The notes under the pieces were generated by a model. The model saw only the letters and a program-made list of their open reading frames with translations, ran no database searches and was not told the origin of the DNA. The position numbers and the translations under genes are program-made. Below, piece by piece: positions 31,859 to 47,389 of a DNA stretch of 64,000 nt. Numbering within the stretch: the stretch's first letter is position 1; the number at the start of each line of letters is the position of its first letter. The DNA lies in NCBI RefSeq assembly GCF_009914755.1, contig NC_060928.1; one strand, given 5' to 3'. This stretch comes from the human T2T-CHM13v2.0 reference genome, Homo sapiens.

Positions 31859-33802
31859 GGGTCTACCTTTTATTTTTATTTTTTAAATTGACTTTATTTA
31901 TGATTCCACTGCAGGGATTTTAAAGCTGTATTTGAATAGTTACTTCCCCAAATTACATCTTCATAAAGGGCATCAGAAACCTGATACCCTATAATTAATA
32001 CATTTGATTTTGTTTTATATAGTCATCCATGGTTTAGAATACAGGAGAAAACACTAAGATCATTTATCATTTAGGCAGATAATATCTGTAAATATTTTAC
32101 TTCTATGGTATAAATTCTCATTATGTGAAAAAATAATGTTACTTCTGTATTCAATTTTCATCTTACAATTTTCTTTCTTGCCCCTATGCCCGATGAGAGA
32201 CTTAAATGGACAGTTTTGCTTCCTGAAGTCCTCTTCCCACTAATGTGAGTGACTGAATCTAGAGTAACAAAAAGAGTCTCATTTTACCTCTACACTGAGT
32301 ATCAGGAAACTACCACATGAAAATATAAATGGAGGAGTTATGTACAGCCAGAAATAAATGTTTAATTAATAAAGGCTGTCCTTGGTATTTGGCATATTTT
32401 AAAAAAGCATTCTCTTCAAAGTGACTTCTCTGTTTTCACACCAATTCTGTCTTTAAAATCTCTATTTGTGCCAGAACTGTAGCATAACTAGAATGTTCTC
32501 ATCTATTTCACATATGGTTAGAGTTAAGAGAATTTTTAAAATCTTTGAGAGAAAAATATGGCTAAATGCTAGGATGCCACTTTTAGTTCTCAGGAACATG
32601 TGTAAACAAATTCCTGAAAATGTTTTTTTTTTTCTTAATTTCCATTCTTTCTTCTGCCAATTTTTCAGCAAATATTTTAATTTGGTTTTCAACTAAGAAT
32701 TCGCTATCTAAGTAACTTATACCTGGAAAACAAAGTACTTTCTATTAAATAAAATACTAGACAGTGTTTTTATTTTGAGTTCCAATGAATAAATGTGATC
32801 TATTGCCATTACATAAATTTCCTAATGATTTTGACAGTAGTAACAATGCTCAACATGTTCTTAACCACAGTCAATCAAAAGATAATTTCTTTATCTTAAA
32901 AACATATTAAAATATTTTGTTCTTATTTCTTATTCTCCCATATATTTAAAATTTCCCTATCAGCTCACGAAATACAATATAAAATTATGGCACCCCTATT
33001 CTTTATTTCTTATTCTGTATAATATTATGCATTTGATATCTGCAACTTTGTGCTCTGATGGCAAATGTTATTTCATATATACAATATATTTTCGATAACA
33101 GATATCAAAATACCTACCATTAGGAAGCTTCAAATAAAAGGAGAAGAAAAGCATGAATAACATGGAATAAACCTTCACGTTGACAACCAATTCAAGAGTG
33201 AATAAAAATACAGAAAACAAAAGCTTGGTATTAAATTTACAATATGTGAAAATAATGTGAATATTATGTAAAATATGCCTAAAACAACGTCATTTATCAA
33301 GTGATATAAGAAAAAGAAGGAATCTAATTTCATATTGGGCAGCAAAGTAGTTTCATAAACATGAAGAGTTGAGATAAAACTCAGACATAAAGAGGAAAGA
33401 TGTAGACCAAATGAAAAGGTCTAGAACACAAACAGGCAAGATATAGGTTGTCTGTGAGTGAGGGTGGAGGGGCTACACAAAGAATGGAGCCAGAAGGTGA
33501 ACAGCTTTGATGGCCACAGTTAGATGCTAGTATTTGATCCTAGCACCATTGAGAAAGCACTAAAAGCCTGAGTGAAGAAATACTTGTTTAAAGCCACTAG
33601 AATTGAAAGGGGTTTAGAGGTTGGAGAGAGAATATTTTAGATTGGTCATTTTGAACTGATCAGAAGCAGGAGCTAGGGTTTAGAAGTGGAAGTAAAATGA
33701 GTAAATTAGAACAAAAATCAAAATATAAATATTTTATATATACATATGAATATATATACAATATAGTCATATATTTGAATGTATATATATGTGTGTGCAT
33801 AT

Positions 33803-36175
33803 CAGGCATCCGTCATTTTATAGCACTTTGCTTTTTGAGCTTTACAGATATTGCATTTTTTTTTTACAAATTCAAGGTTTGTGGAAACGTTGCATCAAAC
33901 AAGTCTACCAGTGTTATTGTTCCAACAGCATGTGCACACTTCATGTCTTCTTGTTACATTTTGGTAATTCTCACGATATTTCAATCTTTTTAATTATCAT
34001 ACCTGTTGTGTGGATTTGCAATCAGTGATCTTTGATGTTACTATCAACATTGTTTTGGGGTGCCAAAAACCATGCCCATATAATACTGCAAACTTAATCA
34101 ATAAATGTGTGTGTTCTGACTGCTCCACTGACCAGCCATTTCCCCCACATGTCTCTTTCTCCTTGGGCCTCCCTACTTTTTGAGAAACAACAATATTAAA
34201 TTAGCCCAATTAATAATTTTACAATGGCCTATAAGTGTTCAAGTGCAAGGAAGAGCCACTTGTCTTTCACTTTAAAACAGAAACTAGGAATGATTACACT
34301 TAGTGAGGAAGGCATTTTAAAAGTCGAGATAGGCTGAAAGCTAGGTGTCTTGCACCAGTTTGTCAAGATGTAAATATGAAGGAAAAGTTCTTGAAGGAAA
34401 TTAAAAGTGCTACTCCAGTAAACACACAAATGATAAGAAAATAAAGCAGACTTATTGCTGGTATGGAGAAAGTGGTCTGGATGAAAGATCAAACTAGCTA
34501 CAACATTCTTTTAAACCAAAGCCCAATGAGGACAAAGTCCTAACTCCCTTCAATTCTGCGAAGGCTGAGAGAGGTGAGGAAGCTTCAGAAGAAAAGTTTG
34601 ACGCTAACAGAGGTTGGCTTGTGAGGTTTAAAGAAAGAAGGTATCTAAAGAACATAGAAGTGCAAGTGGAAGCAGCAAGTGCTGCTGTAGAAGCTGGAAC
34701 AACTCAACCAGAAGATCAGCTAATATAATTAATGAAGGTAGCTAAGCTAAACCACATATTTTCAATGTAGACAAAACAGGCTTATAATGGAGTAAGATGA
34801 TATCTAGGACTGTGATAGCTAAAGAGGAGAAGCGGATGCTTGGCTTCATAACTGCAAAGGACAGGCTGACTCTCACTAGGAGCTGATATAGCTGATGACT
34901 ATGTTGAAGCCAATACTCATTTGACCATTTCTGAAATCCTAAGACCCTTAAGTATTATGATTAATTTACTCTGCCTATGGTCTATAAATGGAACAACAAA
35001 GCCTGGGTAACACCACATCTATTTACAGCATAGTTTACTGAATAGTTGAAACCCTTCATTGAGAGTAACTGCTCAGAAAATAGATTCCTTTCAAAGCATT
35101 ACTTCTCATTGACAAACCAGCTTGACACGTAAGAGCTCTGATGGAGATGTATACGGAGATTAACCCCTGCTAACACAACATCAACTCTGCATCCAAGAAT
35201 CAATTGGTCATTTTAACGTTTAAGTTTTATTATTTAAGGAATACATACTGTAATGCTGTGTGTGTCATAGATAGTAATTCCTCTAACAGATCCAATAAGA
35301 TGAAGGCAAAACTTTCTGAAAAAGATTCACCATTCTAGATGCCATAAGAACATATGGAATTCATGGTAGTAGATCAAAATATCAACATTAACCTTCTTAG
35401 AGAAGAAGTTGATTCTAACTCTCATGGATGACTTTGAGAGGTTCCATACTTCAATGGAGAAAGTAACTGAAGATGTCATGGAAATAACAAGAGAACTAGA
35501 ATTAGAAGTGAAACCTAAATGTGTGGCTGAATTTCTTCTGTCTCATAATCAAACTTAAACAGATGAGCAGCTGATTATTATGGATTAACAAAACAAGTGG
35601 CTTCCTGAGATGTCATCTACTCCTGGTGAAGATGCTGTGAAGATCATTGAAATTACAACAAAATATTTGGAATATTACATAAGCAGTTGATAAAGCAATG
35701 GCAGGATTTGAGAAGATTGACTTCAATTTTGAAAGGAGTTCTACTATTGGTGAAATCCTCTCAAATAGCATTGTATGATACAGAGAAATGTTTCATGAAG
35801 GAATAATCAATCAATGTGGCAAACTTCATTGCTGTCCTACTTTACCAAATTACCACATAACTCTAACCTTCAGCAACCACCACCTTGATCCATCAGCAGT
35901 CACCAATATTGAAATAAGACTCTCCACTATAAGAGATTAGAACTCATTGAAGGCTCAGATGACTGTTAACACTCTTTAACAATAAAGTACTCTTTATTTA
36001 AGGTAGGTACATTTTTAGACATAATGCTCTTGCACACTTTAAAAACTACAGCATTGTGTAAACATAACTTTTATATACACTGGGAAGTCAAACAATTTTG
36101 CGACTTGATTTATTGAAATATTAGCTTCATTCTGGTAGTCAGAACTCAACCCACAATATCTTCAAGGTATGCCTG
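33803..36175 (+). mobile_element. Tigger1 DNA transposon, near full length (about 2.37 kb)
   Basis: TIRs CAGGCATCCGTC.../...AAGGTATGCCTG followed by TA; internal transposase remnant. Confidence 0.95.
34224..35600 (+). pseudogene. Tigger1 (pogo-family) transposase, dead; 3' end approximate
   Basis: MAYKCSSARKSHLSFTLKQKLGMITLSEEGILKVEIG* (stop at codon 38); FNVDKT motif at 34761. Confidence 0.85.
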
Positions 36176-38656
36176 TAGTTAAAAGAAATCCTGGACAACA
36201 TTTTATGGGGTAAAAACAGAAGAAAGAACATCAAATTTTAAGTTACATACATTCTTACGTATGCATTTACATTACTACTTATAATAGCTGTACAATGCTG
36301 AATGCTGTAGAAAAGAAACGAATGGGATTTTCTCTGCCGTTCTTAATTGTGAGCTCCAATTCTTTCCTTTAATCTTTCTCTTATTATAGACAAATTAATT
36401 GATATCTCTCAATCTGAATGATCTGATCTGTTAAATGTGAGTGAAAGCATTGTTACTACATATATTAATGTTATTGTAATATAGTGAGAATTGAATTTAA
36501 TATCATTTTCTAAATAAAAAATAATATTATAAATATTAACAATTGTTTAAAAGACTTTTAAAATCAGGTTAATATCAGTAATTGAGATGGTGTGGGGAAT
36601 TAGCAAATTTAAAAAATGCTGTAAAGGAAAAAAGCCCCAAATTTTGTACCTTTAATAAGAGTTCTCCCGATTATGTTCATTTTAATATTTTGTCTTTTTT
36701 CTTTTATATTTTAAGGAGACAGAAAATAATAATCTCCCTTAATATATTAAGATATCTATTTTAGAAGGCTCTGACTTTTTGTACTAAGTCACAGTTTGGT
36801 ATAAGCAAATGAACTGTACTCTGCTTTATATGCCTGTGGGTTATTGGCTTAATGGGCTTATTTCCATTCCATTATAATCATCAACTTATAATGAACCAGT
36901 CTATAATGAACCAGAATGAGATAGCAAACACATAGTTTGCATGGGTGCATTTATCTTAATCATTAAATTGTTATAACTAGATCATTTAACATGGATGTAT
37001 TTTCTGCCTCAGCCTTAATTGAGGGAAAATGGTTCTGGAGGATTTAATTATGTGGTAGGTATGTATGTAATGGAAAGATTTGACTAGGAAGTTTTTTCTA
37101 CTACAAAGTCTTCTCTAAACGTCATGACACCAAGAGTCAATTAGGGACCCCATAGTTCTCATAGCCTTTCTTTTGTCCTTAATTTGGCACTATCAGAAAC
37201 TCAATTTCAGGATGCAAATGTGTGTTTGTATTGTATGAAAATGATTAGATGGTGATCCTGAAATCATTCAACCAAATGGAAGGATCTTTTTTATGGCAAA
37301 ACATACAGAACAGACTTCATACAGAAAAAAATTAATAAGGCAATTGACTTGAGGTATGAAATTAAGGATATAGAAGACGTGCTACTGTCATTAAATCTGA
37401 AATGAACAGTTATCTATAGATATAACAGAATGCTAAAATAACATTTATAATTAGAAGTTAAATGCTTAAGTTTCAGCTAATTATAAAATGTTACTTTTTG
37501 GCACAGACAAAATAAGGATTTTAAATTTATTCTTCTTAGGATGGGAATATTTTACATTGTGCCTTCCCAAAACAAAGTTTATAACCTGTTATAAAATAAG
37601 AGCTTATAAAATGTGCAATAATTTAAATTAAATTGATTTTGTATGTTTTCTAAATTTATCCAAGATATGAAGACATGTTATAGAAAAAAAAAATTCTCCA
37701 TACACAGGTTCTTATTATATTAGGAATAACTCAACCTTCCAAGTAAGGGCCCCCAAATTCAGATTTTAATGAATTTAGTTTTAATATTACTTTGCTACCA
37801 AAGCAAGGAATGACCATAGTTAGTTATAAGAATATACTTTTTTAATACAATAAATTTTGAGATCCTCCAAACAAGTTATTTTCTCTCATTCTAAATTATA
37901 AACTTGTTCTCAAGTTATTGAGTTAATAATGCAGTCCATATATTGTGTATTTCTAACATTTGTATGAGAGAGTTCCAGTGAGAAGGCCATCAAAGTAATT
38001 TAAATTCATAGAAATCAAAAATTAATACAATATTTAAAAATATTTTTTAAAAATTGTAAGAGGGAATTTTTCCACCTGAAAACTCACTGATGTTATTAAC
38101 TTACAGTGAAAATAATGAGAGTAAAATTAGACAGACTAAACTATGTCACGAACAAAATGTTAAAATGAATGTTTCAAATTAAAAAAATAAAAATCACCTA
38201 TAGTTCTAAATATTATTATGTATGCTTCATGTATTATGTTCTATGTATATGGCCAACACAAATTATGTACAAAATCGGATGCTTGATCTGGGTTCTTAGC
38301 TAACACAAAAATTTGTATTGTTAAAATAGACATAAAAATCTGAGATATTTCCTTGTATTAAAATTTACTAATATTTTCATGGACTAATTTAGTTACAAGG
38401 AAAAACAAAGTAGTTAGAAATCTAAATTTGATTTGACATAAAATTCCAAATTTAAATTGTTTTTTAATACTTGAAAAATATCACTCTGCTTTCTGGCACC
38501 CAGTGTTCTGTTGTGAATTTTGAAGTAAACTTGGAAAAAAGATAAATGACCTAAGTATAAAATTTAATCAGTTAAAAACAAACAAGCAGAGTAAGCCAAA
38601 TAGTTTAGAAAAAAAGAAAATAACGATGAAGATTAAACTCGATTAAATAGGTAACA

Positions 38657-38972
38657 GGACAGGCTCATTGGCTCACACCTGTAATCCCAGCACTTTGGAA
38701 AGCTGAGGTAGGATGACCACTTGAGCCCAGGAGTTTTGAAACCAGCTTGGGCAATATAGTGAGACCCTATCTATCTCTAAAAAAAAAAAAATCCTTTAAA
38801 TTAGACAGATGTGATGGCACGTGTCTGTGGTCCCAACAACTCAGGAGGCTAAGGCAGCAGGATTGTTTTTCACCCTGGAGTTTGAGGATACAGTGAGCCA
38901 TAATCACACCACCACAATTCATCCTGGGCAACAAACTGAAACCTTGTCTCAAATAAATAAATAAATAAATAA
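38657..38972 (+). mobile_element. AluJ
   Basis: TTGAGCCCAGGAG and GTGAGACCCT diagnostics; (AAAT)n tail; TSD AAATAGGTAAC/AAATAGATAAC. Confidence 0.92.
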
Positions 38973-39112
38973 AATAGATAACTAAATAATAGGAGAGAAG
39001 TTGCAAAAAAAAAGTATTTACTCAAAATAAACAACACATTAGAATATTAGCAAGGTATTAAAAGATAAACGATTGTACACAAAACATATTCAAACAGAAG
39101 AAAGGCATAATA

Positions 39113-39418
39113 GGCCTGCCGTAGTGGCTCACACCTGTAATCCCAACACTTTGGGAGGCCAAGGCAGGCAGATCACTTGCAGTCAGGAGTTCAAGATCAG
39201 CCTGGCCAACGTGGTGAAATCCTGTCTACTAAAAATGCAAAAATTATCAGGGCATGGTTTTGCACTCCTGTACTCCCTAATCTTTTGGAGGCTGAGGCAG
39301 GAGAATTGTTTGAACCTGGGAGACAGAGGTTGCAGTGAGCCAAGATCGTACCACTGCGCTCCAGCGTGGGAGACAGAGTGAGACTCTGTCTCAGGAAACA
39401 AACAAACAAACAAACAAA
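39113..39418 (+). mobile_element. AluS
   Basis: Dimeric; (AAAC)n tail; TSD AAGGCATAATA. Confidence 0.95.
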
Positions 39419-40214
39419 GGGAAGGCATAATAGTAAGAGGCTAATCTCAACTAGTTATACAAGCAGATTTCAATTTTTATATATACTTACATATAAAATC
39501 AAAATCCACTGAGGTCTTTCTACACTGACATTAATTAAAATAGTAACTTAAAATTTCACAGAATTGGAAACACATTCATCTCAGATGGTTTTGCGTATGA
39601 ATTCCACCAAATACGGAAGGAATAAATTATTTCATTATTAGGTAAACTTTTATGGAGGACATAATAACTAGGAATCCTTAGTTGGTAATGACAATTGCCC
39701 TGATACCAAAACCAGGAAAAGATAGAGTGAGAAAATATAGATCAATTTTGTATCTAAATATGCATCTGAATCTTATAGCTACTATTGTCCTCCCAGATCA
39801 TCTTTATGAACTATAATCTGTAGATAAAAATTACATCAACACTTATTTTTATTGTTGCTGTAATTTAGATTAAATCATGTTTTGTCATTTTTACTTAATT
39901 TGTATTATTTTCCATGTTATCTATACTATAGTGGAAGGATTTTTAAAATTCATGGGTTATGAAAAGCAATGTAGGTCTAATTTGAAAACAGAGACAAAAG
40001 AATATAACTTCAACTTGTTAAAATTAAAGATTAGATAGCAAAATATTATGGAATAAAAAATAAACAATATGCAAAAATTATGTTTCCAACTTAGTGTAAA
40101 ATAGTATCTAAGATCATGTCCTTTAGAATTTGCTATACTTGCATTTGAGTTATATGGTAGCTTCCGAGTTACACATACTTTGGTATGTTATATAATCAGA
40201 CTGAAACGCCATTT

Positions 40215-40340
40215 CCATATTAATTCAATAATAACAATAATACTTATCTTACAGAACTGTCGTGAGTCTGAAAAGACAATGTTTGCCAAGTATATAATGT
40301 CACCTGGCATGTAGGAGATGATCAGTGAATGACAGTTATA
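40215..40340 (+). mobile_element. MIR fragment
   Basis: AATAATACTTATCTTACAGAACTGTCGTGAG...CCTGGCATGTAG core-like sequence. Confidence 0.55.
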
Positions 40341-40469
40341 AGTGTTTCAATGTTATAAAGAACTCTTTAAATTTTTGTGAATTCATACAGAGCAGGAACA
40401 AGCTAGCATTTAAATTAAACATAACAATTCCTAATACCATAACCATGGACCCTTAAAAAAGGTTCTTTG

Positions 40470-41159
<690 letters not shown>

Positions 41160-42309
41160 TAGAAAGGCGGGGACCCTGTGTGGTTACTATAATCCAGGTA
41201 CATGGCCTGAAAAAATGAAATAGGATATGGATCATTTTGGTGGTTCCTATGTTCTAGACAATCACTTAGTGGATGAAGTCATCCCAACATAGTGTTAGAT
41301 CTCTAGAATAGGTGAATATGTTCTGTCAAGCTTCAGAGGTCAGTCAGAAGACACACTGCCAACATCAAAGAAATTGCAGATGGGAGATCCTAGGTGGTTT
41401 CTAGCTGATGATGCTCTTGATTTTTATTTTTTTCTTAAATCAAAAAATTGTATGTTCTATAGTTGGATAAATTTTATGGCAAACGACTGAACAGCACATG
41501 GTCTTCTTGAAATAATCAAATCAAATCAAGACACAGAGTACACGGTTTGGCATGCAAAGTATCAGTTGGCTTTGGATCTCCTCTCTCTCCTTGGCAGATT
41601 CTTGTGTTCAGTTCTGAGATCCACAGAGATGGAGGATCATTGAAGAATCAACAAAAGTATCTTGATATCTACTACTCCAATAAGGCATCAGTGCCAGATT
41701 TTAGCAACAACAATAACAAACGTAAGAGGTTTTTTTTTTTTTTTTTCTTTCTTTCTTGCACTTGCTCCTCTCCCTCAGTTCCCTCTTGGAGAAATTGAAA
41801 AGAGCTACTGCTGATGGAAAATGAACTGGGATTTAAAACGACAAATAAATCATCACACACCCTCTCCACATTCGCCATGGCAGGACTCAGAGTCTAAGGT
41901 ATATCCAAGTTTGGAATTGAGTAAGAGTTCACATACTAGTTTGGGTTTCACTTTTAACTAAAATAAATTAAAGCAAATAAAAAATGTTAGTCTGTGTGAT
42001 TTTTCCCAAGATTTTATCCAGGAATAAGAAAGGATTCACAGTTTTCTTGTGGGCTATGAGGTGATAAAATATAAATGCCTTATTTGTCATCACACAAAGT
42101 CCAACAAGTAACAAATTAAGTGGTTAATACATATTCAAGATAAGATAATTCTCAATGTAGGTAACAGAAAGTGTAAAGCTTTGGAGGTAGAAATCAGCTT
42201 GATATTTCCAGAAATGGCAAGAGCATTTTAAACAATATACCATGTAGTCAAGTGTAAAACTATCAAATATATACATAAGTGGATTATAAAGAAGTATATG
42301 AATAGAATA

Positions 42310-42620
42310 TGCATTAAAGGAGACTTCTCTGAGACTGTGTCCTTTGAGCTTGATCATGTAGAAAGAGTACATTGAGTGCATAAAAGACATTCCAACAGAA
42401 AGAGGAAATATATAAAGGTGAAGCAATATAAAATGTTTGACAAATGTGAGCAGGAGTATGAATTAGGAAAGGAAAGGTAGAATATTAAAAGATATAGCTG
42501 GAAAATAGACTGGGACCATAATAAAGATTTTTGTATTTCATAATAAAAATATTAGATTTCAGCTACACATGAAACATTCTAGAATAATAAGGATGAGATT
42601 TCAGAACTAGAAAATTAGCT
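42310..42620 (-). mobile_element. L2 fragment
   Basis: GACTTCTCTGAG...TTTGAGCTTGATC...CATTCCAACAGA pattern typical of antisense L2. Confidence 0.45.
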
Positions 42621-42673
42621 CTCACAACCCCCCAACAAAAAAAACAAAAATACAAAAGGACCCCACAAAAGTC

Positions 42674-43538
42674 TGTGGTTTAAATGTTTATTGCTGCTGT
42701 AACAAATTAGCAGAAACCTAATGACTTAAAATAACACACAGTTGTATTGTCTTATAGCTCTGAATGTCAAAAATACGAAACAGGTCTCAATGGGTGAAAA
42801 AAATAAAGCTGTCAACAAGATTTCTAGAGGCTCAGGGTGAGAATCTGTTTTCTTGTCTTTTTCAGGCTCTAGAGGCTGTCCACATATGTTGGCCCGTGGA
42901 CTCCTTCATCCAACTTGAAAGACAACAGCTGGTCAAATCTTATGCATGATGCCATCTTTCTGATGTTGATTTTGTGCTTCTCTATTCCCTATCTAAAGAA
43001 TTGTGTTCTTGGCTGGGTGCAGTGGTTCGTGCCTGTAATCCCAGCACTTTGGGAGGCTGAGGCAGGTGCATCACAAGGTCAGGAGTTCGAGACCAGCCTG
43101 ACCAACATGCTGAAACTCCATCTCTACTAAAAATACAAAAATTAGCCAGGCATGGTGGTGTGCACCTATAATCCCACCTACTCAGGAGGCTAAGGCAGGA
43201 AAAGCACTTGAACCCGGAGGCAGAGGTTGCAATGAGCCGAGATCTTGCCCCTGCACTCCAGCCTGGGCAACAGAGCAAGACTCCGTCTCAAAAAAAAAAA
43301 AAAAAATTGTGTTTTTGTTGTTGTTGTTGTTGTTGTTTGTTTTGTTTTGTTTTGTTCTGTTTTGCAACAACCTGGATATTCCAAAATAATCTGCTTATTT
43401 TAAGGTTTAGCTGAATGGCAATCTTATTTCCACCTGCTACCACAACTTGAATTGCAACATACCATACCATAGCATAATCACAGCATCTAGTAATCAGGAT
43501 TTATACATATTTGCAGGCCCAATATTCTGCTTACCACA
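42674..43538 (-). mobile_element. MLT1C/D MaLR solo LTR interrupted by an Alu
   Basis: TTGCTGCTGTAACAAATTA, TTCTAGAGGCTCAGGGTGAGAATCTG; ends ATTCTGCTTACCACA. Confidence 0.8.
43011..43303 (+). mobile_element. AluS (Sg/Sc-like), followed by (TTG)n/(TTTTG)n to about 43364
   Basis: Dimeric Alu; TSD AATTGTGTTCTT/AATTGTGTTTTT. Confidence 0.93.
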
Positions 43539-45554
43539 ACTGTTATTAAGAAAATAGTAAAGAAATTACTGCACTTAGAAACCATGGAATAAATAACAAT
43601 AGTAGTCAATAATACCAATAATAATGATAAAGACTCTTTTCCCCTGTTGGTCAATGAGTTGGTCATTTTATTAATCTTGAGCATCATTAACTAGAAGATC
43701 TTAGTCCATTAGTCATGTGATTGGGCAATGAAGGAGTTACATGATCTATGACAGAGAAAGAGGTTCTCCCTTGGTAATGTCCAACTTATAAATCAGAAGA
43801 GAAGCTTTTTTCGACTTCTGGTCATGGGACTATTAAGAACTAAGCCTAAAATAGGTGCCAACCACTTTCAGTGGCATATTTCTAACTGTCACTAAAAAGT
43901 AAAACCAAATGCAAAATAATGGGAGACTTAGATTAAAAATCCTGAATAAATAGAAACACCGTTGACCTTACTGTGGTTAATTAATATGAGATCTCCTTTT
44001 AATAATTACACTAGTTAAGGTTTTACTTCCAATGGTGCAAGCTTGGAAAATAAATACATAAATTATTAATATTTTTGAAAGAGTTTTTTTGTCACTACAT
44101 TTTGAGACAATGAAAATAGCTCTCCTGATAGATGGATTTTTTTACTCAGCTCACGGTATGAAATGCAGTCTGTGGTTATGGCTGTTCATTAGATGCCAAC
44201 TTGGTTTCAAACTACCAGAGAGCAAATCAAAATGAGACTCAGAATATCTGTTTTATTTCTTATCATTCTTATTATCTTGCTCCCCACACAAATGTTAAAA
44301 ATAATCCTTTTTTTTAGAATATCACAAAACTGGCATAAGTAATGATTCGGTTTCACAATGCAAGCATTACATTATGCATTTATGTCTTACTGCAGGTTTT
44401 CAAAAATGAAAGAATCAAGCAAAAGACAGCAGGGGGTTATACATGATGAACAACAAATATAAGTTTCTTTCTCTTAGGACATTCATTCATAATGCACAAA
44501 ATTATACTACAAAGGTAAGAAACGGTTAAATTTGAAATGCCCAGATATTTCTTTAATTATAACTATTCATGATTTATTTATAAACTATGAATTAAATATG
44601 CTTCCAATGTAAATAAATAAATAAATAAATGGACCCCAACAAATGCAAAAGCAAATGATTTTCTCCATTTGGAAGAGCCAATAAATGGTATTTTTTAGGA
44701 GTGTAAAAAGTGATCTTTTATGCTGCTAAATGCCATCATCATGAACATCCTGTAAATCATATCAAACAACCATTTGCACTTAAGAGCAATATGAACTTGA
44801 TTTATAATTCAGAGAAAAATGATTGGAATAATTTTACTTCAAAAGTTTAGATCCAGTATTCAGGATGATAAATTTATGAGTCTATGAGTAATCAACAAGA
44901 CTAGCCTCCCGCCTTCTCTTTCTATTTCTCTGCCATTAATTAGACTGTGTTTAAATAGACTTGGAAGAATCTCTCACAACATGACTTTGGCAGATTTCTT
45001 TTTTCCTCAGAGAAATAGATATTATTTTGGAAAACAACTACTAAAGCTGTCTCTGTAAAATAGAGTTCCCAGAATTTCAGCTTCAATTGCTTAGGAGAAG
45101 ATGTGAATACAGAGCTTTGGCTACACAGGAATCCTGAGCCTTCGTTGTTCTATGTTTCTACATTTGACTCAGTCTTGGAGGTAACATTTTAAAACCCAGT
45201 AAGGGTTACACATGAGCTGGTACTACTCTTTTCTTCTCCGTGATTAACCTATGATACTTTTGACTTATTTTTTCTTCTCTTCCATTTCTAAAAGTTTCAT
45301 TAGATAAAAATCTCTGACTTCAGTTTCCTCAACATGCAATATCCTTATAACCTCAGGGAATTTGGAGAATTTAATCAGCATAAATTAGCCATCATTGTAA
45401 AGATAGTCCTAAAGTGATTACTAAATAAAAAAACTCAGTAAAATAATATTTTGCATTTATATACAACACGTGTCAAATGCTTTCACAATTGTTAGTTTAC
45501 CCTATTTTAGGAAATAGGTACTATTGGTAAATAAAAACATGGACATTGGAAGGA

Positions 45555-45818
45555 TGGAATAAATGAATATCACAGAAAAATCTAGTGTCCAGTAGCACAA
45601 CAGGATGACCATACCTGGCAGTAATTTATTTCATAATTAAAAATAACCAAAAGAGTGGAATCGGAATGCTCTTAACATACACAAAAAAAGGAATAAATAA
45701 TTGAGGTGATGGATATCTCAATTACCCTGATTTGATCATTATATGCTTGTATAAAAATATCACATGTACCTTATAAAATCCATAACTATTATGTATACAT
45801 AATAATTAAAAATAAAAT
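45555..45818 (+). mobile_element. L1MA 3'-end fragment
   Basis: TGAGGTGATGGATATCTCAATTACCCTGATTTGATCATTA...AATAAAA. Confidence 0.8.
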
Positions 45819-47389
45819 CAGTTTTAAAAGAGAGTAAATTGTCCAAATTATCAATAATACAGTAACCAAGCCAAGATGAGAACTCAATTCTCCAGATGTA
45901 AATCCCAATCAAGCACAGTTTATTCCATTCAACTGTCCCCAACAACAAGGAGAAACACTAAAGTTCAGGCTCTTCCATGTTATATCTTTCTCTTTTTCCT
46001 AAAACTCAGCACTGCCCCTCTGTCAGATAGCTCTTTCTACTTGCTCTAGCTCCTTCCAGTTTTTTTCCCTCACTGATATTTCCCTACTAAATCTCTAATT
46101 CATCAAATTAGATATTTTTTTCAGAAAAATTCAGCTAACCTAAGCTCTTTCCTCTAACACCTTTGGAAGACTATCAGTTGCACTGTTCCTTCCAGATGAA
46201 TAAATATATGAAATTATATGAATAAATCATATCAATAGCCAACAAAATGCATACAAGCACAGTTTCAATTATATTATAAACTTTCTTTAAGTATTAAGCC
46301 CCCATATCCTATTAACAGAAATGCAATTTGTATCAATATCCTATTGTGCACAGGAAATATATCAAACTATTTATTCCAAATCCATAACACTGTAATTCCA
46401 CTTTCCTGAAATAATGTTAATAAAATGGCAAAAATAGAATTACAAAGATGACTGTAGTCATTATTTTTAATGAGAAAACATTGGCATCACACACAATTTT
46501 TGTAGAATATTTAAAATTATAAGAAAATGCTAGTCAGATATTGGTAAATAAAAAAGCAATGTAATTACCATATTTCTATATTAAAAATATATGTGTATAT
46601 GCATAAAGTTAAGGGAATAATGCTAAAACAATATCTAATTCACATTTTTGTTTTTCTTGTTGGTAAAAATATGCATGGATCTAGTACTGTTCTTCTCCAT
46701 ATTTGTGTTTTTTATAGTAAATATGCATTAATACTTGAAGAACCTGCATATGGCATGGAAAACAACTATAAAGGCACAATACAGTTTCTCACCATATAAA
46801 GGAAATTGAAAAAAGAAACATCAAGGTATTCTTTATCACTCACACCTTCACTTTGGAAAGTTGAAATACACACTCAAAATATTTTTTCCAAAAAATGTTG
46901 TAAATTACTTGTGAATATATATTTTCTGCCATTTAGGAAAACTGAACAATTGATATCCACATCTGTGAAGTAATTGATTTCACGGTTCTGATATGTCAGC
47001 AATGACATAATGGTTGTGTGATCACATAATGGTTATGCATCATTAAATCCACAGAGCTCAACATCCACGCTAGTATGGCTACTCAGTGCATGCCTCCATG
47101 AAGGCTTCAAATAAATTGTGTCATCTTTCACAAAACTGAAAGTTATCATGCATTTTTAATGTTTAAAAATCTCTTTCTTTGTCCTTCTTACAAGTTCTAT
47201 TAAATAAAAGTATTCTTTGGATATGTGATTCATTTTTTTCTACATAAGGTTCTGAATGTCTGAATCATTATTTTATTCATTTATTTACTTAACAAATGTG
47301 TGTTACCTAATTTATTTTGTTGATCACTGTGCCCGTTAGAGTATATGAATAAAGATTAATCATTATCATGCTTTCCACAGGGATTACAG

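Larger units (their letters stand above)
38540..39780 (+). mobile_element. Ancient L1M ORF2 remnant hosting two Alus
   Basis: CAGATGGTTTTGCGTATGAATTCCACCAAA and CCCTGATACCAAAACCAGG motifs. Confidence 0.6.

Noticed and set aside
36887-36914. TATAATGAACCAG direct repeat, period 15
   Set aside because: An ordinary two-copy slippage duplication.
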